Below, in pieces: positions 8,984-18,097 of a stretch of DNA of 64,000 nt. Source of the DNA: Candidatus Limnocylindria bacterium (lineage in GTDB: Bacteria > Chloroflexota > Limnocylindria > P2-11E). The position numbers and the translations under genes were made by a program. The notes beneath the pieces are model-generated. The model had not been told where the DNA came from and ran no database searches. It saw only the letters and a list, made by a program, of their open reading frames with translations. Position 1 is the stretch's first letter; every line of letters starts with the position of its first letter. The stretch spans positions 24,448 through 88,447 of the forward strand of contig DATDNP010000201.1 of the NCBI GenBank assembly GCA_036518215.1, read 5' to 3'.

Positions 8984-10192
8984 TCACTCGAGCTCGCGGA
9001 TCGATCGGACCGCGAGCGGCGGCAGGAGCAGGACGATCGATGCGACGCCGCCGACGACGAACGACGCCGCGGGACCGACGGCGTCGACGACGCCCACGAA
9101 CACGACCGGCGCGACCGGCCCCATGAGCACCGCGCCGAACCAGTCGATGCTCACGACGCGACCGAGCATCTCGCGCGGAACGTGGCGCTGCAGCGCCGAC
9201 TGCCAGAGCACGCCGAAGCCGACGATGGAGAGCCCCCGGATCGCGAACATCACGAGGATCACCGGGAAGAGCGGCAGCAGCCCGAGCAGGACCGACGCGA
9301 CGGCGGCGACGATCGCCCACGCGTAGATCGCGACGCCGACGCGGCGGACCCGCATCTGGCTGATGGTGAACGTGCCGATCACCTCGCCCGCGCCCATCGC
9401 GGCGATGATCGCGCCGTACGTGCGCGCGTCGCCGAAGAGGACGTCGCGTACGAGGAGCGGCAGCGCGACGACAAAGGGGCCCGAGTTCGCCATGTTGATG
9501 AAGGCCCAGAGGAAGATCGTGATCCAGAGCCACGGGACGCCGAACGTGAACACGAGACCATCACGGATCTGGCGGAGCAGCGGCACCGCGACGCGTTCCT
9601 CGAGCGGGCGCCGAGCGACGAGCAGGACCGCGGCGAAGCTGAAGAAGAACGTGAACGCGTCGAGCGCGAACGCCATCGGCGCTCCGGAGAGCGCGACGAC
9701 CGCGCCACCGACGACGGGTCCGCCGACCTGTGCGATCTGACGCGAGAGACCCTGCACCGCGTTGCCTGGGACGAGGACGTCGGCGGGGATGAGCTCGGGG
9801 ATGATCGCGCTGATCGCCGGGCCGACGAACGAGAACGCGACGCCGAAGAACGCCGAAGCGACGTACAGGTGCTCGATGCGCAGCGTCCCGGTGATGCCGA
9901 GCACGGCGATGACCGTCGTCACGATGCCGCTCACCAGATCGCTCACGAGGATGACGCGTCGCCGCGGCAGCCGGTCGACGAGCGCACCCGCAACGAGGAG
10001 CGACAGGATCATCGCGCCGCTCGCGATCGACGCGCCGATGCCGAGCTGCAGCGCGGAGCCGCCGAGGGCGAGGATCTGGAACGGCAGCGCGACGCCGTAG
10101 ATGAAGTTGCCGAAGATCGAGACGGTCTGACCCGCCCACAGCAGGCGGAAGTCGCGATGCCGCAGCGGGACGAGGACCGCGGGGAGCCTCAC
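8984..10192 (-). CDS. MFS transporter (EntS/YbdA-like family)
   Basis: 402 aa with 12 predicted TM helices. The N-terminus (FRLLWAGQTVSIFGN) is typical of EntS-like MFS exporters. Confidence 0.7.
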   Translation of the reverse strand: MRLPAVLVPLRHRDFRLLWAGQTVSIFGNFIYGVALPFQILALGGSALQLGIGASIASGAMILSLLVAGALVDRLPRRRVILVSDLVSGIVTTVIAVLGITGTLRIEHLYVASAFFGVAFSFVGPAISAIIPELIPADVLVPGNAVQGLSRQIAQVGGPVVGGAVVALSGAPMAFALDAFTFFFSFAAVLLVARRPLEERVAVPLLRQIRDGLVFTFGVPWLWITIFLWAFINMANSGPFVVALPLLVRDVLFGDARTYGAIIAAMGAGEVIGTFTISQMRVRRVGVAIYAWAIVAAVASVLLGLLPLFPVILVMFAIRGLSIVGFGVLWQSALQRHVPREMLGRVVSIDWFGAVLMGPVAPVVFVGVVDAVGPAASFVVGGVASIVLLLPPLAVRSIRELE

Positions 10193-10204
10193 GAGAGAGC
10201 GACG

Positions 10205-11113
10205 CTAGCGGAATTGCTGCCGGAGGAACGCGAGCATCCGCGCGTCGTACTCCGCCGGCGCGGTGACATACGCCTCGGTGTGGCCGCATCCCGGCACGAT
10301 CCAGAGCTGGGTCTCCGCGTTCGCGCTCGCCGCCGCGAGATCGCGCGCGTGATGCACCGGGATGAAGTCGTCGTTCTCGCAGTGGATGAAGAAGAACGCG
10401 CGCTCGGGGTGCGCGCGCACCTGGTCGATGGGTCTGATCGTCGTATGGTCGAGGCCGAAGAGCCGAGCGGCGAGAAGGACGCCCGGCACGAAGAAGCTCG
10501 GCAGTCCGCTGTCGTGCGTGAATCCTTCGTTCACGACGCGGTCGGCGTCGGTGAACGCGGAGTCGACGATGACCGGACCGACGTCCGGCCGCAGCGCGAG
10601 CGTCTCGAGGGTCGTCGCCGCGCCCATCGAATGACCGATGAGCGCGACGTCCTTCGCGCGGTAGCCGCGTCCTTCGAGATACGCGATGGCCGCGGCGACG
10701 TCGAGCCGCTCGTACTCGCCGAGCGAGAAGCGATCGCCCTCGCTCTCGCCGCCGCCGCGGAGATCGAACGCGAGCACGCTGTAGCCGTTGGCGAGGAGGA
10801 CCTTCGCGCGATCGATCGTCTGCTGGTCGTTGAGCCTCACCGATTCTTTCCCATGCACGAAGACCACCGCGCGCGCGCCGCGCGGGAAGTACCACCCGCG
10901 CATGAGGAGGCCGTCGCTCGTCCGGAACGAGACCGCTTCGTACGGGCTGCCGACGAGCGCCGCGTGCTCGGGATCGGGGAGGTACCGCTCGTTCAGCGTG
11001 AACACGTTCGCCGCGTAGACGGAGATGCCCGCGTACGCGACGACCGCCGCGACGATGATGAGGATCGTGGCCGTGACGAGGATCTTTCGCATGCCCCGAA
11101 CGTCCGCGCGCAT
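10205..11113 (-). CDS. Alpha/beta hydrolase with an N-terminal membrane anchor
   Basis: N-terminal TM helix. GHSMG nucleophile elbow, and His near the C-terminus (PGCGH). The true start may be the internal MRKIL. Confidence 0.7.
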   Translation of the reverse strand: MRADVRGMRKILVTATILIIVAAVVAYAGISVYAANVFTLNERYLPDPEHAALVGSPYEAVSFRTSDGLLMRGWYFPRGARAVVFVHGKESVRLNDQQTIDRAKVLLANGYSVLAFDLRGGGESEGDRFSLGEYERLDVAAAIAYLEGRGYRAKDVALIGHSMGAATTLETLALRPDVGPVIVDSAFTDADRVVNEGFTHDSGLPSFFVPGVLLAARLFGLDHTTIRPIDQVRAHPERAFFFIHCENDDFIPVHHARDLAAASANAETQLWIVPGCGHTEAYVTAPAEYDARMLAFLRQQFR

Positions 11114-11154
11114 CGTCGCGTCAGGCCTTCGCCTCGCATAGAGTCCTTCGTCAC

Positions 11155-11976
11155 ATGCGGCAGCGTGAGCTCGCGGCGCACCTCCAGCGCGCCGAGGGTG
11201 TGAGCGTCGGCTCGTACATCGCCGCGAGCCCAGAGATCGCGCGGGCCTCCGGTGCGGCGACGCGACGCATCGGCGGCGTCATCTGTCTCGGCGCCGCGAA
11301 GATCGACAGCGAGTTCCTCAATCGCGCCCTCGGCTTCGGGACGATCGCCGCTCCGGACCCGCGGCTGCTCGACCGGATCGAGCGTCATTACGCGTCCATC
11401 GGCCGCCGCGCACGACTCGCGATCGCGATGCAGTGCGTGTCGTCAGCGACGCTCCGTCTCCTCGAACGGCGTGGCTACGTCGCCGAGGTGCGTCATCCCG
11501 ATCACTACGAGCTGATCTACGTGTACGACCGCACGCGCCCTCCCGCGATCCCACACGTCGACGACCTCGCCATCGAGCGCGTCACGCCGCAGCTCGCGCC
11601 GCTCTATTCGCGCGTCGGATACGAGTCGTTCCGCGAGCGTGGTCCTGAGTTCAGGACGATCATCGAGGTCCTCGTGCGCACGCGACGGCGTCGCGTCCGC
11701 GCGTACCTCGGGCGGATCGCCGGCGCGCCCGCGGCGACGGGGATGCTCACGGACATCGGCATCGTCGGAGCGCTCGGAAACGGAAGCGTGCTGCCGCGAT
11801 TCCGCGGACGCGGGATCCAGGTCGCGATGATCGCGCACCGGATCAACGAAGGGTGGAAGCGCGGCTACCGCATCTTCTTCGGCGAGACGGGAAATCCGGC
11901 GTCGGCGCACAACATGGAGGAGCTCGGCTGGCGGAAGCTCTACGACGAGGTCGATTGGGAACGCCCGACAGCCTGA
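11155..11976 (+). CDS. GNAT-family N-acetyltransferase
   Basis: The C-terminal half has a GNAT motif-A-like segment (RFRGRGIQVAMIAHRINEGWKRGY). Size and fold pattern are consistent. Confidence 0.5.
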   Translation: MRQRELAAHLQRAEGVSVGSYIAASPEIARASGAATRRIGGVICLGAAKIDSEFLNRALGFGTIAAPDPRLLDRIERHYASIGRRARLAIAMQCVSSATLRLLERRGYVAEVRHPDHYELIYVYDRTRPPAIPHVDDLAIERVTPQLAPLYSRVGYESFRERGPEFRTIIEVLVRTRRRRVRAYLGRIAGAPAATGMLTDIGIVGALGNGSVLPRFRGRGIQVAMIAHRINEGWKRGYRIFFGETGNPASAHNMEELGWRKLYDEVDWERPTA

Positions 11977-12026
11977 GGGCGCCGAGGCGCGTACCGTCGT
12001 AGGGAGACCGTGGCTGGAGGACCGAC

Positions 12027-12452
12027 ATGGCGATGACCGCTCCGCGACAGATGACCTATGGCCTTCGCGTCACGACGGACTTGTCGTACGACGCGGCGAT
12101 CGAGCAGATGAAGGCGGCGCTCAAGGAGCAGGGCTTCGGCGTGCTCACCGAGATCGACGTGAAGCGGACGCTCAAGGAGAAGAAGGACATCGACTTCCGC
12201 CGCTACGTGATCCTCGGCGCGTGCAACCCCGGGTTCGCCGCACGCGCGCTCTCGACCGAGATCGACATCGGGCTGCTGCTCCCGTGCAACGTCGTCGTGT
12301 ACGAGACGGACGATGGCGCGGTCGTGGAGACGATCGATCCGATCGTGACGCTGGGGCGTGTGCAGAATCCCGCGCTCGAGCCGCTCGGCGCCGAGGTGAA
12401 GGACGCGCTCATGAAGGCGCTCGGCTCGCTTCCCGCGAAGAAGAAGGGCTAG
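12027..12452 (+). CDS. DUF302-domain protein
   Basis: 141 aa. The pattern (FGVLTEIDVK..L.EK...DF..Y.ILGACNP) is characteristic of the DUF302 family. Confidence 0.6.
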   Translation: MAMTAPRQMTYGLRVTTDLSYDAAIEQMKAALKEQGFGVLTEIDVKRTLKEKKDIDFRRYVILGACNPGFAARALSTEIDIGLLLPCNVVVYETDDGAVVETIDPIVTLGRVQNPALEPLGAEVKDALMKALGSLPAKKKG

Positions 12453-13660
12453 CGGCCGAGACGCTCCGCGAGCTTCGCCGCGAGACGCCGCGCGACCTCG
12501 AGCTTCGGTAGCACGGGCAGCGTCTCGACGCCGTCGGCGCTCACGAACGCGACGCGGTCGGTGTCGCTCCCGAAGACCGAGCTCGGGTCGGTGATGTCGT
12601 TCGCGACGACGAGGTCGAGCTTCTTGTCGCGCAGCATCCGGCCCGCCTCGGCCGTCGCGTCGCCGGTCTCGGCCTTGAACCCGACGACGATCGTGCCCGG
12701 CCGTCGCTTCGCGACGACCGCGGCGAGTACATCGTCGGTCTGGACCATCCGCAGCGTGAGCGCGTCGCCGACATCCTTCTTCTTGAGCTTCGCGTCCTTC
12801 GCCTCCGCGGGACGGTAGTCGGCGACCGCCGCGGCCATCACGACCGCGTCCGCGCTCGTGAGCTCGGCGAGGACGGCCTCGCGGAGCTCGGCCGCCGTCT
12901 CGATCGCGACGACGCGCACGCCGGCGGGAGCGCGGAGCGCGGTCGGGCCCGACACGAGCGTCACGTCGGCGCCCGCTTCGCGCAGCGCCTGCGCGACGGC
13001 GTAGCCCATCTTCCCGCTCGATCGGTTCGAGACGAACCGCACCGGATCGATCGGCTCGTGCGTCGGCCCCGCGGTCACGACGACGCGCCGGCCCGCGAGC
13101 GCCGCGGAGGAGGAGACGGCCTCGGCGACCGCGGCCTCGATGCGCTCGAGCGCGGCGAGACGTCCCGGGCCGACCTGACCCGACGCGAGCAGGCCGGACT
13201 CCGGATCCACGACGAGAACACCGCGCGCGCGGAGCCGCGCGATGTTTTCCTGCGTCGCGGCGTTCTGCCACATGTGGGTCTCCATCGCCGGCGCGATGAC
13301 GACGGGCGCGTCGGTCGCGAGCACGGTCGTGGCGATGAGGTCGTCGGCCATGCCGTTCGCGAGACGCGCGATGACGTGCGCGGTCGCGGGCGCGATGCAC
13401 ACGACGTCGGCCTCGCGGCCCATCGCGACATGTCCCGCGGCGCGCTCGTCCTGCATCTCGAACATCTCGACCTCGACCGGGCGGTACGTGAGCGCCTGGA
13501 ACGTGAGCGGGCGAACGAACTCGGTCGCGGACCGGCTCATGACCACCTGCACGGTGGCGCCCGCCTGCGTGAGGCGGCGCGCGAGCTCGATCGACTTGTA
13601 CGCCGCGATCGAGCCGGTGACGCCGAGGACGACGAACTTCCCCTTGAGCGCTTCGGTCAT
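12449..13660 (-). CDS. coaBC: Bifunctional phosphopantothenoylcysteine decarboxylase / phosphopantothenate--cysteine ligase
   Basis: N-terminal flavoprotein domain (LGVTGSIAAYKSIELARRL...) and C-terminal CoaB ligase domain (ITAGPTHEPIDPVRFVSNRSSGKMG). The ATG at 13658-13660 overlaps the coaX stop (ATGA). Confidence 0.9.
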   Translation of the reverse strand: MTEALKGKFVVLGVTGSIAAYKSIELARRLTQAGATVQVVMSRSATEFVRPLTFQALTYRPVEVEMFEMQDERAAGHVAMGREADVVCIAPATAHVIARLANGMADDLIATTVLATDAPVVIAPAMETHMWQNAATQENIARLRARGVLVVDPESGLLASGQVGPGRLAALERIEAAVAEAVSSSAALAGRRVVVTAGPTHEPIDPVRFVSNRSSGKMGYAVAQALREAGADVTLVSGPTALRAPAGVRVVAIETAAELREAVLAELTSADAVVMAAAVADYRPAEAKDAKLKKKDVGDALTLRMVQTDDVLAAVVAKRRPGTIVVGFKAETGDATAEAGRMLRDKKLDLVVANDITDPSSVFGSDTDRVAFVSADGVETLPVLPKLEVARRLAAKLAERLGR

Positions 13661-14427
13661 GCGTTCAGCTCCCACAGGAGACGGAGCCCCTCGAGCGTGA
13701 GGTCTTCGTCCACGCGCTCGATCCCCTTCGCGAGCGGCGCGATCGTCGCGGCGAGCCCACCGGTCGCGATGACGGTCGGCTTCGCGGGAAGCTCCGCGAG
13801 GATGCGCGCGAGCAGCCCCTCCACGAGGCCGACGTAGCCGAACATGAGGCCGGACCGCAGGCAGTCCGCGGTGTTCTTCCCGATCGCCTGTGCCGGCGGT
13901 GTGAGCGCGACGCGGAAAAGCCGCGACGCGCGGCCGAAGAGCGACTCCGCCGAGACCTCGAGGCCGGGCGCGAAGGACCCACCGAGGAAGTCACCCTCCG
14001 CGCTCACGACGTCGAAGTTCGTCGTCGTCCCGAAGTCGACGATGACCACCGGGCCGCCGTACCGGCGATGCGCCGCGAGGGTATTCGCGATGCGGTCGGC
14101 GCCGACCTCGGAGGGATTGTCGACGCGCAGGCGGACACCGGTCTTGATACCCGGTCCGATCACGAACGGCGGATGCTCGAGGTAGCGCTCGCCGAGGCGC
14201 GTGAACGCCTGCGTGAGCGGCGGCACGACGCTCCCGACGACGAGCGCGTCGAGATCGGCGAGCGCGAGGTCCTCTTGACCGAGCAGGCCGTCGATCGAGA
14301 CCGCGAGCTCGTCCTCGGTGCGGTCGTGCACCGTCGCGAGACGCCAGGTGTGGCGAAGCTTCGCGTTCTCGTACACGCCGAGGACGATGTTCGTGTTGCC
14401 GACGTCGACCGCGAGGATGGTGCTCAT
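13657..14427 (-). CDS. coaX: Type III pantothenate kinase
   Basis: MSTILAVDVGNTNIVLGV...VIVDFGTTTNFD...IATGG is the CoaX (Bvg accessory factor) family signature. The long Arg-rich 5' extension of ORF 13657..14775 was rejected. Confidence 0.9.
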   Translation of the reverse strand: MSTILAVDVGNTNIVLGVYENAKLRHTWRLATVHDRTEDELAVSIDGLLGQEDLALADLDALVVGSVVPPLTQAFTRLGERYLEHPPFVIGPGIKTGVRLRVDNPSEVGADRIANTLAAHRRYGGPVVIVDFGTTTNFDVVSAEGDFLGGSFAPGLEVSAESLFGRASRLFRVALTPPAQAIGKNTADCLRSGLMFGYVGLVEGLLARILAELPAKPTVIATGGLAATIAPLAKGIERVDEDLTLEGLRLLWELNA

Positions 14428-14429
14428 CG

Positions 14430-14933
14430 CTAATCGTTCGCTTCGGTCGCGCCGGTGCGCAGGCCTCCCTGCCCCATATGGGCCTTGAGCGCCTTCGCGA
14501 CATTCGCCGGGACGTACGCGTCCACGGGCGCGCCGAACGCGACGAGCTCCTTCACGCGCGAGGCGGAGAGGAACAGGTACTCCGGCGCGGTCATGAGGTA
14601 GACCATCTCGACGCCCGGCGCGAGCGTGCGGTTCATGTTCCCCATCTCGAACTCGAACTCGAAGTCGGAGAGCGCGCGGATCCCGCGGATGATGAAGGCG
14701 GCGCCGCACGCCTTCGCGAAATCGACCTGGAGGCCGTCGAAGGGCCGGACCTCCACGTTGTCGAGCGTGCGGCACGCCTCGGTCATGAGCGCGACGCGCT
14801 CGTCCGCCGTGAACACCGTCTTCTTCGCGAGGTTGCGGCCGACGCCGACGACGACGCGGTCGAAGAGACGCGCCGAGCGCTCGACGATGTCGACATGGCC
14901 GTTCGTCGGGGGATCGAAGGATCCGGGGTACAT
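14430..14933 (-). CDS. coaD: Phosphopantetheine adenylyltransferase
   Basis: MAMYPGSFDPPTNGHVDIVERS carries the T/HxGH nucleotidyltransferase motif. About 167 aa. Start at the ATG at 14931-14933, not 15215. Confidence 0.9.
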   Translation of the reverse strand: MYPGSFDPPTNGHVDIVERSARLFDRVVVGVGRNLAKKTVFTADERVALMTEACRTLDNVEVRPFDGLQVDFAKACGAAFIIRGIRALSDFEFEFEMGNMNRTLAPGVEMVYLMTAPEYLFLSASRVKELVAFGAPVDAYVPANVAKALKAHMGQGGLRTGATEAND

Positions 14934-15067
14934 GGCCACGCGCTGCTTCACGCGGTCGCGCCTCCTTCTTACTGGTAGTGCACGCCGCCGCGAATCGTAG
15001 CGCTTACTGCGGAGCCGAAGGCGAAGAAGCAGGACGGTCATGCGACGCAATGCGTCGCATGAGCCAC

Positions 15068-16474
15068 CTATGCCGGGGCCGCACGGGCCGCGGCGGGCTT
15101 CGGTTCGGCGGCCTGCGCGGGTTTCGCGGCGAGCGGGATGCGCACGGTGACGACCGTCCCACGCGTGCCGCGCCGCTCGATGCGGACGGTCCCGTGATGG
15201 CGCTCGACGATCCACCGCACGATGGCGAGGCCCAGCCCGCTCCCGGACGAGTTCACGCGGCGCGCCGCGGTGCTGCGGTAGAAGCGATCGAACACCTTTG
15301 GCAGATCCGCATCGTCGATCCCGATGCCCTCGTCCTCGATGCGCAGGACGCTGTCGTGGCCGTCGTCGGAGAGCGAGATGTCCACCCCTCCGGGCTCGGG
15401 CGTGTAGCGGAGCGCGTTGTCGACGAGCGCGAGGACGAGCTGCTTCAGGCGGTCGCGCTCGCCGTCGACCACGGCGCTCTCGATCCAGCGCACGCGGAGA
15501 CGCCCTCCGGCGATCGGCCGGAGCTCGTCGAACGTCTCCATGACGATCTCGTCGAGATGCACGGCGCGCGGCGCGAACGCCTCGGCGGCCTCCGCGCGAG
15601 CCAGCATGAGGAGCTCGTCGACCAGCCGCGACAGCCGGCCCGATTCACGCGCGATCCGCAGGAGCGACTCGTGCTGCTGCTCGCTCGACATCGTGCTCGT
15701 GGAGAGGAGCTCGGCGTTCCCGCGGATCGTCGTGAGCGGCGTGCGCAGCTCGTGCGACACGTCGCCGAGGAATCGTTGCTGCTGCCGGTACGCGTCGTCG
15801 AGGGACGTGAGCATGTCGTCGAACGTCTTCGCGAGGACGACGAGCTCGTCGTTCGGGTCGCCGCGCACGTGCACGCGTCGCGAGAAGTCGCGGGAGGTCG
15901 CGATCTCCTGCGCCGTCTCGGTCACCGCCGCGACGGGGCGCAGCGCGCTGCCTGCGATGGTCGACGCCGTGGCCATGCCGAGGCCGACGCCGAGGAGCAG
16001 GAGGATGAAGTAGGTCATCCGCAGATCCGCGTTCGCGCGATCGATGACCGAGAGGTCGGCCGCGGTCACGATGTGGCCGATCCCGATCGGCACGACGTAC
16101 GTGCGCACGCGGCCCTCGGTCGTGTAGCTGGTGTGCCACCCGTCCAGCATGTCCGTGACCGCTGCGTACTTGAACGAGAGGAGGTCGATCTCGCCGGCGG
16201 TCGCGACGACCTTCCCATTGATCACGAACCACGCCGCATGCGGCTCGTCGATGGCGCGGGAGAGGTCGCTCAGGTCGACGGCGTCGATCGGGATGCCCGA
16301 GTGGAGCTCGCCGTCGATCTGCTCCTGCGCCTTGTCGGCCATGTCGCCGAGCGCGCTGTCGACGTCCGAGTCGTGCGCCTCGGCGTGGAGGAGGTACGCG
16401 AGCGTGAGGGCGACCGCGAGGACCACCGCGATGACGCCGCCGTACCACAGCGCCAGGCGGCGGCGAAGGGTCAT
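15068..16474 (-). CDS. Membrane sensor histidine kinase (two TM helices, periplasmic sensor, HAMP, HisKA, HATPase_c)
   Basis: H-box ([18 protein letters not shown]), N-box (LVDNALRYT) and G-boxes (DEGIGI, GSGLGLAIV). Two hydrophobic segments flank a sensor domain of about 140 aa. Confidence 0.9.
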   Translation of the reverse strand: MTLRRRLALWYGGVIAVVLAVALTLAYLLHAEAHDSDVDSALGDMADKAQEQIDGELHSGIPIDAVDLSDLSRAIDEPHAAWFVINGKVVATAGEIDLLSFKYAAVTDMLDGWHTSYTTEGRVRTYVVPIGIGHIVTAADLSVIDRANADLRMTYFILLLLGVGLGMATASTIAGSALRPVAAVTETAQEIATSRDFSRRVHVRGDPNDELVVLAKTFDDMLTSLDDAYRQQQRFLGDVSHELRTPLTTIRGNAELLSTSTMSSEQQHESLLRIARESGRLSRLVDELLMLARAEAAEAFAPRAVHLDEIVMETFDELRPIAGGRLRVRWIESAVVDGERDRLKQLVLALVDNALRYTPEPGGVDISLSDDGHDSVLRIEDEGIGIDDADLPKVFDRFYRSTAARRVNSSGSGLGLAIVRWIVERHHGTVRIERRGTRGTVVTVRIPLAAKPAQAAEPKPAAARAAPA

Positions 16475-17163
16475 GCCGCCGACCGGAGCTCGTACCCCAC
16501 GCCGCGGAGTGTGTGGATCATGCGCGGCTCGCCGTGCGCCTCGAGCTTGTTGCGCAGGTACCCGATGTAGACCTCGAGCACGTTGTCGTTGCCCTCGAAG
16601 TCGTAGCCCCAGACGCGCTGCGTGAGCTCGCGCTTCGGGATGGCCTTTCCGGCGCTGCGCATGAGCTGGAGGAGCAGGCGGTATTCGGTCGCGGTGAGAT
16701 CGATGTCGCGCCCGCCGCGCTTCGCGCGGTGGCTTCCGGTGTCGAGCTCGAGGTCGCCGATCTCGAGGATCTCCGGCGCGGGCTGCCGCCGCCGGAGCAC
16801 CGCGCGGAGGCGGGCCGCGAGCACCTGGAGGCTGAACGGCTTCACGAGGTAGTCGTCGGCGCCCGCGTCGAGGCCGGTGATCTGGTCGACCGCGGCGTCC
16901 TTCGCTGTGACCATGAGGATCCCGACGTCAGGCAGATCCGCACGCATGCGACGGCAGAGGGTGAGTCCGTCGGTCCCCGGCATGAGGATGTCGAGCACGA
17001 GCGCGTCCGGGTGGAACGCCTTCACCGTCTCGACCGCCTGATCCGCGTCGTTCGCGATCGCGACGTCGTATCCCTCGCGTTTCAGCGCGCGGTCCACGAC
17101 GCTCGTCACGCCTTCGTCGTCGTCGACGACGAGCACTTTCGCTCGCTTCTCTTCTGTCGTCAT
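16471..17163 (-). CDS. OmpR-family response regulator
   Basis: REC domain (VLVVDDDEG...LDILMPGTDG...KPF) followed by a winged-helix OmpR/PhoB C-terminus (LTATEYRLLLQLM...VWGYDF...LEVYIGYLRNKLE). It overlaps the kinase gene (ATGA). Confidence 0.9.
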   Translation of the reverse strand: MTTEEKRAKVLVVDDDEGVTSVVDRALKREGYDVAIANDADQAVETVKAFHPDALVLDILMPGTDGLTLCRRMRADLPDVGILMVTAKDAAVDQITGLDAGADDYLVKPFSLQVLAARLRAVLRRRQPAPEILEIGDLELDTGSHRAKRGGRDIDLTATEYRLLLQLMRSAGKAIPKRELTQRVWGYDFEGNDNVLEVYIGYLRNKLEAHGEPRMIHTLRGVGYELRSAA

Positions 17164-17330
17164 GTCCGAATCCTCAGGTCACGCGCCCACTCCGCGAATC
17201 TGCCGCTGGTCCTCGATGAGTGGGTCCTTCGGTCCTTCTCTCAGGCCACGCTCAGGGAGAACCTCGCTGAAGAGAACTGAGGCTGGGCTTAGAGCTCCAG
17301 ACGCAGGACGGACAAAAAGGAGGCTCGCTC
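17164..17330. promoter_or_regulatory. Divergent intergenic region between the response-regulator gene (-) and the FeS/NrfD operon (+)
   Basis: A 167-bp gap between divergent starts. It is a likely site for promoters and the regulator's own operator. No motif was assigned. Confidence 0.4.
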
Positions 17331-18095
17331 GTGGCAGGACAGCTGACCCGCAGGCAGCTCATCGGCACGCTGGGTGGCGTCGGCGGGGCAGCGCTCGCCG
17401 CCGGCTTCGTTCCGGTCGCCTTCCCCGAGGCGGTCGCGGCCGAGCCGCAGACGAAGCAGCGACAGTGGGCGATGGTCATCGACCTTCGCAAGTGCGATGG
17501 CTGCAAGAAATGCACGGAAGCGTGTCAGACCACGCACCACCTTCCGCAGACCTTCGAGTGGATCAAGGTCTTCGAGATGAAGGACAAGACCGGTGCGCAG
17601 TACTTCATGCCCCGGCCGTGCATGCAGTGCGAGAACGCACCGTGCCTGCGCGTGTGCCCGGTGGCAGCGACGTTCCGCGAGAGCGACGGCGTCGTGCTCG
17701 TCGATCAGGAGCGGTGCATCGGCTGCCGCATGTGCATGGCGGCGTGCCCGTACGGCGCGCGCTATTTCAACTACACCGATCCGCCCGTCGCACAGAACCC
17801 GTTCGGGCACCCGACGCCCGAGTTCCCGGTCCCGCAGATCAAGGGGACCGTCGGCAAGTGCATGTTCTGCGTCCACCGGACGGCGGACGGCGAGCTCCCG
17901 GCGTGCGTCCAGGCCTGCGGCATGAAGGCGCTCTACATCGGCGACCTCGTCGAGGACGTCGCGACGAACGGCGACCAGACGGTGCGCCTCTCGACCTTCA
18001 TCCAGGAGAACGACGCCTTCCGATACAAGGAGGAGCTCGGCACCGGACCGCGCGTCTACTACATCGCTGGCCACGGCCAGCTACTGGACTACTAG
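17331..18095 (+). CDS. Tat-exported 4x[4Fe-4S] ferredoxin-type subunit (NrfC/PsrB/HybA-like)
   Basis: Twin-arginine signal (TRRQLIGTLGGVGGAALAAG). Four Cys clusters: CDGCKKCTEAC, CMQCENAPCLRVCP, CIGCRMCMAACP and CMFCVHR...CVQAC. Confidence 0.85.
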   Translation: MAGQLTRRQLIGTLGGVGGAALAAGFVPVAFPEAVAAEPQTKQRQWAMVIDLRKCDGCKKCTEACQTTHHLPQTFEWIKVFEMKDKTGAQYFMPRPCMQCENAPCLRVCPVAATFRESDGVVLVDQERCIGCRMCMAACPYGARYFNYTDPPVAQNPFGHPTPEFPVPQIKGTVGKCMFCVHRTADGELPACVQACGMKALYIGDLVEDVATNGDQTVRLSTFIQENDAFRYKEELGTGPRVYYIAGHGQLLDY

Positions 18096-18097
18096 AG

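Noticed and set aside
9182-11203. 673-aa plus-strand ORF over the MFS and alpha/beta-hydrolase genes
   Set aside because: Highly charged low-complexity translation. The minus-strand frames give canonical MFS and hydrolase proteins.
11940-13400. 486-aa minus-strand ORF overlapping the DUF302 and coaBC genes
   Set aside because: Arg/Gly-rich shadow frame. The coaBC frame (12449..13660) has the diagnostic flavoprotein and ligase motifs.
12449-13675. Alternative coaBC start at 13675 (MGAER...)
   Set aside because: That codon is a GTG lying inside coaX. The ATG at 13658-13660 overlaps the coaX stop (ATGA) and gives the conserved MTEALKGK N-terminus.
13657-14775. 372-aa version of coaX including about 115 upstream codons
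   Set aside because: The upstream part is Arg-rich shadow over coaD. The CoaX family begins at MSTILAVDVGNT (start codon 14425-14427).
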